NCBI RefSeq assembly: GCF_037042905.1
Contig: NC_087250.1
Span: 20,834,001-20,898,000, forward strand
Length of the DNA: 64,000 nt
From: Lytechinus pictus
Taxonomy: Eukaryota
Direction: 5' to 3'
The notes under the pieces are model-generated. The model ran no database searches, was not told the origin of the DNA, and was given only the letters and a program-made list of their open reading frames with translations. Both the position numbers and the translations under genes were made by a program. This document shows, piece after piece, positions 14,801 through 26,800 of this stretch. How positions within the stretch are numbered: position 1 is the first letter of the stretch; every line of letters starts with the position of its first letter.

Positions 14801-17800
14801 TGTACCTCTTTTTTACGTCGGGTCTTACTAACAGACAGATTAATGATTTGGAATCTATACAAAAAAGAGCTTGTCGAATTATTCTTGGATCATCTAAATA
14901 CAGTTCATATGATGATGCATTGGGTGAGCTAAGATTACCAACTCTATTGTCCCGAAGAGAAAAACTTACTCAAGATTTTGCTATTTGTTTTGAAAAAAAT
15001 AACTTATGTCAGTCTTGGTTACCTCCTCAAAGAGATAATAATTTTCTTCGAAATGCAAACAAATATACAGAATTCAAATACAAGACAAACAGATTTAAAA
15101 ACAGTGCCCTCCCTATCTTGTACGTGTGCTAAACAAATATTACAAATCATAACTGAAATAATTTGAAAATTCTTTAAACGTTTGATATACATACATGCTT
15201 AGAAATTGTGAAATCTCTTTAATCACCATTGACTTATTGTCCTTTTAACAGTTTTATTATGAATGATTTTATCTATCTATCATATGCATTCTCCTTTTAT
15301 TCATTCATCTTTATCAATAACTTACTGTGCAAATATATGTGAATAATTTTAATTGTCTCTGTATTTTTTACCATATATTTTTAATTGATACCCTGTAAAG
15401 CATATGTAATTCAGTTTTTACTGCGATACATGTCTACTGAATAAACCATTAATGAATGAATGAATGAATGAATGATGATAATGAGGATGGTGATGACGGA
15501 GATGTTGATGATGTTGGTGACGAAGATGATGATGATGGTGGTGATGATTGTGGTCGCGGTGGTAATGATGATGGTGGTGATGATGAGGAGGATGATGGTG
15601 ATGGTGATAAGGATTGTGGTATTGGTAGTGGTGGTGATGATTTTGATGATGATAATGATGATGAGGTTGAGGATGATAATGATGGTGATAATGGTGGTGG
15701 TGATGCTGATGATTATGGTGGTGACGGTTGTGGCGATGATAATGAGTTTGATGATCGTGATGGTGGTCGATGATGGTGATAATTTATGCTAATGGTGATG
15801 ATGATGACGCTGATAAGAGATGATGATGGTGATGATGGCCATGGTGGTGGTGGTTGCGGTGTTGTTGGTGATACTTTTGTCCACATCGGTCGAATTTTAA
15901 TGTCGTTGTCAAATTAACTTGCTTACAGATATTGTAGCCTGTGCCTCACCGGAGACGTGCATGGAAGCCTGCGGGAACCCTAAGGGGTGTAGTAACACTG
16001 CCTACCCTACCCTCGTCCTCGGCATTATGCCTGCTGGTAAACTCAATATTCAAGACACATAGGCTTCAGCTTTCATGGAGAGCGGAATGTTATTTGCTGA
16101 CCCCAGACGCTCTTAAAAAACATGGGGGAAACCCTGTATGCGAGACAAAAGTGGAGGAGGGGGGAGAACTTGGAGTACTATATCCTTCGGCTATAAGCGA
16201 CCTTAGCCTTTAAGCAACGGTCATGCCAGGAAAAATTTAGATGATAACTATTATAATGGAATTTTAGTGGTATTATTTTATGTCTTCTGGTCTTGTACTC
16301 TGGGTGATATCCAAATGGTATCGAATTCCCATGAACAGATTCAGGCCATTACCTTGTGATGAAAGATACATATAAACAAGTGGTAATGGGGAAAATTGCA
16401 CTGGGGGATAAGGGGATCGGTCGGGGGAGGAAAATTAGGTGAAATGAGAAAAAAAATATCTATATGAAAGAAACTTTCAATGACGTAATATGTTTGATAT
16501 CTCGGCGCTCCTTTTATAAATACGTCACTACAACGGCGGAAGCTCCGCGTCAACTCACCAAGATTATCATAATAATTGATAATGATGATTATAATGATAA
16601 TAATAATGATATAATAAAATTACTGATAACAACAACAATAATACTAATGATAATAATAATAATAATAATAAAGTAATAATAATAATGATGATAATAAAAG
16701 TAATGATTAGTATTGGCTCACTTAACACACATGACGTACTGGAGAATTCTACTACTCATAATCATGATAATTCGTATTACATATCGCTGAATTCCTTGCT
16801 TTATCTACTTCTTTTTTTGTCAGGTCTTCGAGGGGTTATGCTTGCCGTAATGCTTTCCGCCATAGTCAGTAGTATGACATCACTACTGAATAGCATCAGT
16901 ACTCTCTTCACAGTGGATATATGGATGTTTATCAGAGAGAAATATTACAACACCAAGCCAAGCAATAGAGAGATGATGATAGTCGGAAGGTGAGATAAAA
17001 CTTTGATTTGTTTCTTCTGTTTCTGTTGTTTATCCGTGCATGGTACTTTCTTGGTGCGCAATAATGGCGCAGATACGTTTCTGTTACGGCTGTCGTACGG
17101 CGAGTCGAAAACAGCCGTTTTAAAATTGTGTTGAACCAGCTACATAGGTCGTTTTGAATGAAAATGAATAAAACTGTTATTTTCGACTCGCCGTACGGCC
17201 GCCGTATGGGAAACGTAACTGCGCTGTAAGCAGCAATGTACTATGTGTGTTAAAGTACAGGGGCGGTATTCTGAAAACGTTCTTATCTTAATTTTGTTCT
17301 TATCTACGTCACGTTCTCAAATTGGTATTCTGAAAACGTTCTTATCTCTTTCTTATCTTTTGTTCTTATCTTTTTCTTATCTTGCTTTCCATCGATGCTG
17401 AGCGCGTAAATTTATAATTCGCGCATATGATACAAAAGCGCGCTAAAAGATAAGGGGGGGTATTCTGAAAAGTCTCGTAAGTTTCCACTTAAGTTTCCTC
17501 ATAAGTTACCCATTTAATGGAGCGCTAATGTACCTCCAAATTCGTATTCTGAAAACTCTATTAGCGCTCAATTAACTCCCTTTAGGCCACGCCCCTACTG
17601 AGCCGAATTAGCCAATCAAATGCGCTCTTACAACGTAAAATTTTCTCCCAGCGCGTAGTGTCTCTTCATTTTGCTGGCTTGCAGCGCAGCGCCCGGCTGC
17701 TGCAGGTGGACTGCACCACGATATTGATACAAAAAAAATTTTGCTGAAAAATAATGCTAAAAGCATTTGCATCGGAGATTAACAGGAGGGTCATTATGTT

Positions 17801-20800
17801 GTTGAAGCTAACTGTTGTCTTTTCCCTTTCTCTCATTTATTGTACCATTGTGATTTTCTCTTTTTTTTTCGAACGCGTTCTGATTTCACATCCACCTATT
17901 GTAGCTTTCTTTGTTTTGTTTTTTTTACAATATTTTATTTGCCTCTGTCTCGGGGTCATGATGGGGGGGGGGGGGTTCTTCTTTAACTTAATTCCTACTT
18001 ATTTTAAAAATAACATACTTTTCATTTTTATGAGAAATCTTCTTCAACAAAATGCTGATTTGAATAAAATGATTTTAAAAATCAAACTAGCATAATCGTT
18101 AAAAAAGCCAAAATTTTATTGAAATTGGATGTACAAATGTTATGATATTTAAGATTTTATAGGTGGGGAAAACGATGGCATCCCTCACTATTTTTTATCT
18201 TTTGTACCAAAGGGGTCAATGCTTATTTTTTCATTGTCGGAAACAAGGTTTGATTCCCCCCTGAACATTGCTGCATCTATTGTTACTTGGCAATCTCATT
18301 ATTGTCAAAATAATGTGCAAAAATACTTTATGATGCTTATAATAAAAAAAAATATAGAAAAATAATAGTCATATTTCCCCTATAAGTACACAATTTCTGT
18401 TTTCTTTTTCCTTCTTTTCTAATTTCTTTATTACCAAATATAGCCCCCATTCCTTATTTCACTTGTATAAATTGTGAATATTTTTTTAACAAATTTAAGC
18501 CTGAAACATATTGTTTAAAAGTCCGCCAAGTTTGGACACCCATACCACCTTCTTTCCCTTTATTCCCTTTTTATACCTTTCTCCTTTATTCTCTTGCTTC
18601 CTCCTAAATTTGGTCGCAGTATTAAACCGATTTGATGATATTTATACGAAATGAAAGCCACATTTAGCAAGAGAAAATGAGACTTAATGGACCTCTTATC
18701 ACCATTATCTTTCCCCACTGGAAAGTCCGCTAATTGAGCGCTAAGAGACTTTTCAGAATACCAAAAGTCTCGTAACTACTAAGTCTTCGCGCGGTCATAA
18801 CGCGTACTGTTGCAAGTGCGCGCAACGCAACCCTGCCAAATAAGGAAAGGGGCACTTAAGTGACTTTTCAGAATACCAAAATGCTAATTGAGCGCTAATT
18901 GACCGCTAATTGAGCTTTCAGAATACCGCCCCTAAACAAAATAAAGATAAGTGGTATTCTGAAAACGTTCTTATCTTTTTTCTTTCTTATCTTTCACGAT
19001 ATTTAAGATAATATTTAAGATAGCTAGAGGGTTATCACATCTCACGATGTCCGCGTTTTTTCTTGCTCAAAATCGATGGCCACTAGTAGTAACAAGTACC
19101 CACAAGTATTCCTCCCACCCTTTCTTTAATTCACCCTTTATTTTGCCCGTCTCTTCTTTTCTATCCCTTCTTTCTTTCTTTCTTTCTTTTCTTTTATTTA
19201 TTTTCTCTTTTTCTTCCTTTCTATCTGTCTGTCTTTCTTCTTTTCTTTCATTCTTCAATTATATCTTTTGTTTTATTCTGTTTGAATCTTTTTTTTGCTT
19301 TGTTTCATTTATACTTCATCTTTCTTCCTTTTTATTTTCCCTTTTCGTTTAATCTCTTTCTTTTTTCTTTACTGAGTCTTTATTACTGCTTTCCCCCTTT
19401 TCTCTTCCTTTCCTTTCCTTTTCTTTCTTTTTCATTTTCTTTCTTCCTCCATTTATTTGTAATCTTTTTATTTTTCTTCCTTATTTTTTCTTTAATTCGG
19501 CTTTCGTTTTATATATGCCTTACCTTTTTTTATCAATGATTTTCTTTTTCTCCCTTTTTCTTTTTCTTCCTTCCCTTAATTCTTAATTTTTCTTTCTTAT
19601 TTTTTTTTATTTCTGCTTTCTGACACTTTTGTGTCTTTTTTTCTTTATTTCGCTCATTTTTTTGGTCGTTCTTCATTTACTATTTGTCTTTACTTTCTTT
19701 CTTCTCTCTGTCTTTCTTTTATCAAATTTTTCTTTATTCTTTCCATTTATGTTTTTTTTTCTTTCTTTTCCTAACTTTTTATTTCCCCTTTTCGTTTTTT
19801 GTTCTTTCTTTCTTTGAATTTAGCTTTCTTTCCTTTATCTTTTTGCAGTCTTCATGTTTGCGTTAATTTTCCTTTCATTTTTTCTCTCTCATCTTTATTT
19901 CTTTGTTTCATTTTCCTTTTTTTTTCTTTCTTCACTTTTTACATTTTTATTCCCTTTTTTCTCTCTTTCTTTTTTTTTAATCTTTCTAACTTTCTTTCAT
20001 TTGTTTTTTCAAACGTTTTTCCTTTTCGGTTCCTTGTTACTTTTTTTTATTTTCAGTCTGACCTCTTTCTTTTTTCTGTTCCTTTTAGATTCTTTCTTTT
20101 CTTTCTTTTTTCTCTATTTTTTTCCTTCACTTTATCATTGATAATTGTTCTTTCTTCTTTTTCGTTCTTTTATTCATTCTTTTTTCTTTTTAAGTTATTT
20201 CGCTTGCTTTTTTTTCATTTTTCTGCTTTGTTCCTTTCATCTTTTTTCTGCTTCATTCTGACCCTTTTCTGTCTTCTTACTTCAATACCTACCTACTTTC
20301 TTTCTTCATATTTTATTCTTTATTCGTACCTGCTTTATTTGCTTTTCTTTCTTTATTTTGTGCACGTGGACGTCTCGAAATAATAAAATCAGTCATTGCG
20401 TACAAAATGCCTATTTCGCGCAATGCGCCAGAAACAGTGTACGCGCAGCGCCCATGATATTCTCTTCACATAAGGAACGCTTCTATTGGTTAAACTGCCA
20501 ATATAAAGCGCATTTTGATTGGTAATATCCTTAAAATGGGCGTGTTGAAGATAAGAAGGAGGCAGTCCTTACAGAGATAAGAAAGCGTTAAGAAGATTTT
20601 CAGAATACCGATTTGCAATGATTTTAGCGTCTTCTTATCTCAGTGAGATAAGATAAAAGATAAGAACAAAGATAAGAACGTTTTCAGAATACCACCCCAG
20701 GGCTATATTTCATTACAAATACAGTGCGTATAAAAAAAAAATACACTTTTAAAAAAGTCCTACAAAAGATAAATTTGTAATATTCTTGGGCTCTTTCCAC

Positions 20801-23800
20801 ATGATATAATGGTACATATCTCTTTAAGCTAATGACGATAATTATGACTGTTGGCAAATATTTCCGCTTGATTCGGCACATGTCTCTTTTAAGTAGAAAA
20901 TTGATTTGCAAAAAAATGGAAATAGCTATCATGGCTATTAGGGGTAAAAGACGTTAATCATGAAAAGCGCATAGACTCTATAGCTAAGAAGATTGATTTG
21001 AAGATATCTTTTTCCTTGCCAACTTGTTTCCTTGGCCAACTTGTTTCCTTGGCCAAAATACCCCCTTTGAGCACCAACGACCCCTCTCCCACTCCCATGC
21101 ACGCACCAACGACCCCTCTCCCACTCCCATGCACGCACCAACGACCCCTCTCCCACTCCCATGCACGCACCAACGACCCCTCTCCCACTCCCATGCACGC
21201 ACCAACGACCCCTCTCCCACTCCCATGCACGCACCAACGACCCCTCTCCCACTCCCATGCACGCACCAACGACCCCTCTCCCACTCCCATGCACGCACCA
21301 ACGACCCCTCTCCCACTCCCATGCACGCACCAACGACCCCTCCCCCACTCCCATGCACGCACCAACGACCCCTCCCCCACTCCCATGCACGCACCAACGA
21401 CCCCTCCCCCACTCCCATGCACGCACCAACGACCCCTCCCCCACTCCCATGCACGCACCACTGACCCTCTCCCACTCCCATGCACGCACCAACGACCCCT
21501 CTCCCACTCCCATGCACGCACCAACGGCCATCGCCTTGGTATCTAATAGCCAAAGATTGATCTTTCATTTTTCATTTTATTATTCCTCATGCGAAAGGAA
21601 AGTGTGGAGAAACGTGTATGACCATGATGACCGAACTATATAAATGATATACTGGAAAAGTCTGGAATTGTCTGAAATGAACGTTTGTTTACATTGATTT
21701 GCGTCATTTCGTGTCCTCATATCTAGCTTGTACAAACAACCTAAACGTTATTTTACCTCGGGTAAATATTTTCATTTGGGTTAATAAAGTTGGTTTATTA
21801 GTTACAATGTATCTTTTAAGTTCATTGACCCAAATACCAAATACATATGATAGATCTGCAGCAAGGTCAGCTCAGTTTTTGTTTACCTCTGTTCATCGGC
21901 ACAGCGTGAAAATCAAAGTACCCAGACTTCTGCGAGCTTACCAAAATGGACAGTGCTCCCTAAAGTGTATAGAGCGAACCAGTACGGTGAAACGACATTT
22001 GCTCCTGCGACAATTTCCCCGGGCTTAATTTCGTCTTAGATATGGGGTTAGGGTTGCAATAGGGTTTATGTTAGGTTTTGGATAGGGTATGGTTTTAAAT
22101 CCAGGGTTTAATGAAGTTGGTCATTCCATTAATGTGTGGAATTTGCAGCGGAGCAATGGTCGCCGGGGCAAATGCCATGGAACCGTCGAAGATATACTCT
22201 TAATATTTTTTTTTCAGACAAGATATACTCTTATATCATAGATGAGATCGAGACCTAATAATACATGTAACCAAAAAAAAGCATCCAAATGTCGTATTCT
22301 TTTCAATTTACAAGACTTTTTCAAAGTGCAAACTTTTTTTTAATACGTAAATACGGTATACATTTTTTTTTATTTCATGATGTATTTCAAAAGGGTGATT
22401 GTACTTCTGATGACTGCTCTGAGCGTTCTGTGGATCCCGGTCATTGATCTATTACAAGGAGACAACCTACTCAAGTATTTTACTCGTATCCAGGGCCGAG
22501 TCACGCCCACCATAGCAGCCGTCTACATCCTCGCTGTCCTCTGGCCGAGAGCCAATGAAAAGGTTTGTAATAAACACTCTGCGCCCCGTCCGCCAGTTAG
22601 ATTCGCGCTCTCATATCGCTTGATTCCCTGGAAACTGAGGTGCAGGAGAGCCAATCAAAATGGATCGTGACATATTTTATGCACCCCGTCAACCAATCAC
22701 AATATTCCTGTCAAAACCCTATGAGCTATGAATCCCGTAGTGTAGGATGGTCATGCAATAACGAATACGGAATAATTCTGATTCCTTGCGGATGAAAGGA
22801 TGACCCATTGCAACTGTAGCAATATAATTATGTAGCGTATACATGTATACGAAGTCTCGCGCGATGGGGGATTCATTGTTTATCTTTTCCGAAGTTAGGT
22901 TTACTTCCACCAAGTCGACAAAAAGATCGACGTTTCACGAACGCTGATAAGTGTTAACTCCAAAACTGGTTTTTAATTTTTCTTATGGGGGGGGGGGGGG
23001 TATTTCCTTCAATATCCAATGATCTAATTGAGGGGATGGGGGGGGGGGGTCGCCACTCCCCGCAAAGTCTAAATGGTATACGATCCTTCCAAATATATAC
23101 GTTTTTTATTTCGAAGAGGTAGAAAAGTATACTTGCACCACCTTCCCTTTTAATTTTCTTTTTCATTTTGTTTACAGAAAAGTATGATATAGCGTGTTAT
23201 TTTACAATATGGGAAATTAACGGAATTATTTTAAGAAATCCATCGAGGTATGCTCTTTAGAAGAACTTCATTGGTAACAGTACATTAATTTCGGCAATCA
23301 ATGTATTTTATCATTTTGTTTTCGTAACATGGCAAGCAGGAACAAAACCCTGTAAAATGATAATGTTTATGATATCAAATTTAGAAGTTTATAAGGTATA
23401 AGAGACAAATGGTTGACTAATGCTGTTATCTTTTTTTAATGTTCTGTTTCTTCTCATCGCAGGGAACATTTTGGGGATTGATGATAGGAGCATTAGTCGG
23501 TTTCATCCGGTTAGTCCTAGACTTCACCTATCCGGATCCGTCTTGCTGGGACGAGGATACTCGGCCAATGGTGGTCAAAGTGCACTATTTCTACTTCAAC
23601 ATGATTCTCTTCACTATCGTGTTCGTCTCTGTAATCGTCATCAGTCTGCTGACCGAACCGCTGCCCAAGTATCGGGTAAGGGTATTTTACGATACCGGAC
23701 GGGACGACTCCGGATCCGGATCTGAGTGCAATGGCAAATATTATGCACTGACCACTTTTCTGAGTATTATCAGATCAGTGGTACTGACCCAGATCGCGCA

Positions 23801-26800
23801 GCTATAATAGAGGTCGGTGACATTTATTCGCGTGTTGGTGATCTGCAGCTGCGATTACGCGTACAGCTTATATTCTGAGGGAGGGTGCTAGGAGATTATT
23901 ACCGTGTTAACATGTGATCGGCTTTTGGTTCAGAACCGCGAGCCGATGCAGAATCGGCTTTTGGGTTTATCTTACACCGCGTTTACACGCTGTTACAGCT
24001 CGCGGTGCAGAATCGGCTCGCGTGGCAAAAACCTGAAATGATACGAGCACCAACGATATACGTCATAATAAAGACAACGCTGGATCCGTGCGCTTTGAAG
24101 TACGTCTCAAATGTAAGTAAATGAAATGCGCGCCAATTGCCGATGCAGAATCGGCTTTCTGTTTACACGTAGTAAAAAAAGACGATTCTGCATCGGCTCG
24201 CGGTTCTAAACCTACTACTTTGGTGGTGTAAAATTGCCGATTCTGAACCGAGAGCCGATGCAGAAGCCGATCACATGTAAACACGGTATATGACGTCACA
24301 TGCATAAGGTCTTGTAAGCGTGCGCGCTTACGCCAATAGTCGCATTAAAAGACGTTTTGATATATTTATATCATGGAAATTGTCCATAGGCAAACAAAAG
24401 GTTTAGAAGGGATAAAATCTATTTCCTAAAAGAAACACTTGTTATTTTGCTAATGTCATGAAAAATCTAGTTTCAATGTTCATCACTGCACGCGTTGTGT
24501 TGGATTGTTTTATGCCTTTCCCCCATTGTTCTGCGAGCTGCAGTCAAGAACAAGATCCCGTACAATTTGGTAAAATCATTATTGGTTAGTGTAGTCCTTC
24601 ATAAGCCCAGTAATTCGAATACGGGGAAAAAACTTTAAAAAAATTTGTTTACCCCCACCTCACCCTCCTTTCAATTATTACCGATCCTTGGTATAATTAT
24701 GTATCAACGGAAATGGGGGGGGGGGGGGGCGTAACTCATTTTGTGAAGAATAAAAAAAAAAGTCATTACTAGTATCAATATTTGCATCTCTTGTCCCGTC
24801 TGACCATTCATGCCCCGAGTGCTTATAATTTTATGTTTGGGGTTGGTGCATTAGCATAATTGAAAAAAAAATTAGAGATTGCCAGACATGGCGTATTGTC
24901 CAAAGCTCCTAAAAAGCTGCGAGCGAGTAAATTTTTTTACTTTTTTTTATGATACAAAAGTCTTATACATTAGGATTTGATATTCAGAAAATGGTATCAC
25001 ATTTACCCATTCCCTTCCCATTTCCGTCTTTCCCTCCCCCTTTTTTGTATTGGTCGTGAAAATATTTGCGGTCCTGTGCGCCAATGGAGGGGAAGGGGGG
25101 GGGGCTACAATTTTGCAATTGCTTATTAACATTAATTAAGGTTGATTTACAGTTTGATTGTTTGTCTTTCATTTCTTATTGTCGGCTCTTGTAGGTGATC
25201 AGGACGACTTTCTTCACTCGATACCAAAAGCAGAAGCGACCGGATGAGAAGGAGCTCGACGGGGATACAAATGAAGAGAGACGCCTGGAAGACAAAGACT
25301 ACAAGATGTTACCAGCAGAGGAGGTCAAGAATGGACATGGTGAGTGTTCTCATTAGCGTTCTTAAACTAGTGGAAACTATTTTAACGTGTTTGAAAACGG
25401 TCGAAGCGGTCTTGAAGTGATGTTCCAAAGCGGTTCGCGATGTAATTTTCACGATCGCTTTGCCTCGTTAAACTGGTTTTAGCGTACGTGAGGACATTCT
25501 TCAGAAAGCGATCTTCGAACATTTTGCACGCGCTACTTGACACACTGTTACCGTGTTTAGACACTGCCCCGGCTCGCGGCGCAGACTCGGTTCGCAGATT
25601 ATCCTGCGTCGCGTTTACACGCTGCCCCACCTCGGGGATCAGACTCGGCTCGCGGAGCAGAATCACAAATCAGTGGAGACATTTAAAGTCATGAAACGCG
25701 CGTTAATTGCCGGGGCAGACTTGACTTCGTGTTTACACGGATAAAAGAAATCTCGGGACTGATCCTACTATTTTGGCGGAGCAAAATTGCCTTGTCGGCC
25801 CCTCGAGCCGGCGAATTAATAATTATTGATCCCCCCGACAAAAATGAACCTTGAATACTGGGAAATACGAAATATTGATTGTTTTCACAAGTTTTTAAAG
25901 AATAAAGGAAAATGGAAATGTTTTTAAAAAATAAAGGAAAAATGGAAATGTTTTTTTGAACACAACTTGGACGCCTTTGGAGGAGAATTGTTTTGGACAT
26001 GTAATTTAAAATACGATGATCCAAAAATATTACAAACAAAAAATCAATTCATTCGAGAAATTTTAATTGCTTGGAGTCGTTTAACATTATTTCCTGATTT
26101 ATATGATTTGAGTATAAAGAATCAAGTGTTATGGAATAACTCATTTATCAAAGTAGATGGGAAAGTTATATATAAACAACTTTGGCTTAAAAATGGGATC
26201 ATCAATATTAAACATTTAATGGATGAACAAACCAATTTTCTCTCACATACAACTGTTTTACATAAATACAACATTAATTGTAATTTTCTTGAATATTACT
26301 CATTGATTTCTGCAATACCCAATGAATGGAAACATTTTCGTCAACATCTTGTTGAGAGTAGAACAACTCAAGAAGTTTTGTTGTATAATTTAAATAATGT
26401 TTTTAAGGTATGCAAGTTTATCCATATAATTTCTGTTGATAAAATCTTGAAGTCCCCGACTTTGCAAACAAAATGGGCATCCATTATAAATGAACCGGTT
26501 AATAATTGGAATAGATTGTATATGATTTCCTTTAATGTAAGCCATTATATTCTTTACGCTAAATATTTTATTTTTTCGACACGTTGTAAGGGTGATTGGT
26601 TGTGTTCTAGCTCTTTGAAGAACGTATTGAAACGCTATTGTGAAATTGAAAGGGTTCTCGGTCAAAAACATCATAATTTTGTTTTATCATTAGATAATAG
26701 TACGCATGTACAGTTGTTGTAAACATGTTCGCTTCATGATTTTTCTGTAAATTGAATTGCTTTCGTGTTTGATTTTGAATAAAATCTTTCTATGAAAGAA

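Larger units (their letters stand above)
17261..20697. mobile_element. non-autonomous PIF/Harbinger-group element with CAG TSD, containing a nested relative and a polypyrimidine tract
   Basis: CAG-GGGCGGTATTCTGAAAACGTTCTTATCT...AGATAAGAACGTTTTCAGAATACCACCC-CAG. Confidence 0.8.

Noticed and set aside
15468..15792. Asp/Gly-rich and Met-rich ORFs
   Set aside because: (GAT/GGT)n repeat inside an intron
19047..20383. Phe/Leu/Ser-rich membrane-like ORFs
   Set aside because: Artefact of the polypyrimidine tract
20938..21643. ORFs in all six frames
   Set aside because: Stop-free 32-bp minisatellite
22040..22110. interstitial telomeric repeat
   Set aside because: Only degenerate TTAGGG-like words inside a MITE core
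25967..26722. 251-aa ORF as a nested host gene
   Set aside because: No true ATG start; L1/Tx1 ORF2 C-terminal motifs and an A-rich tail
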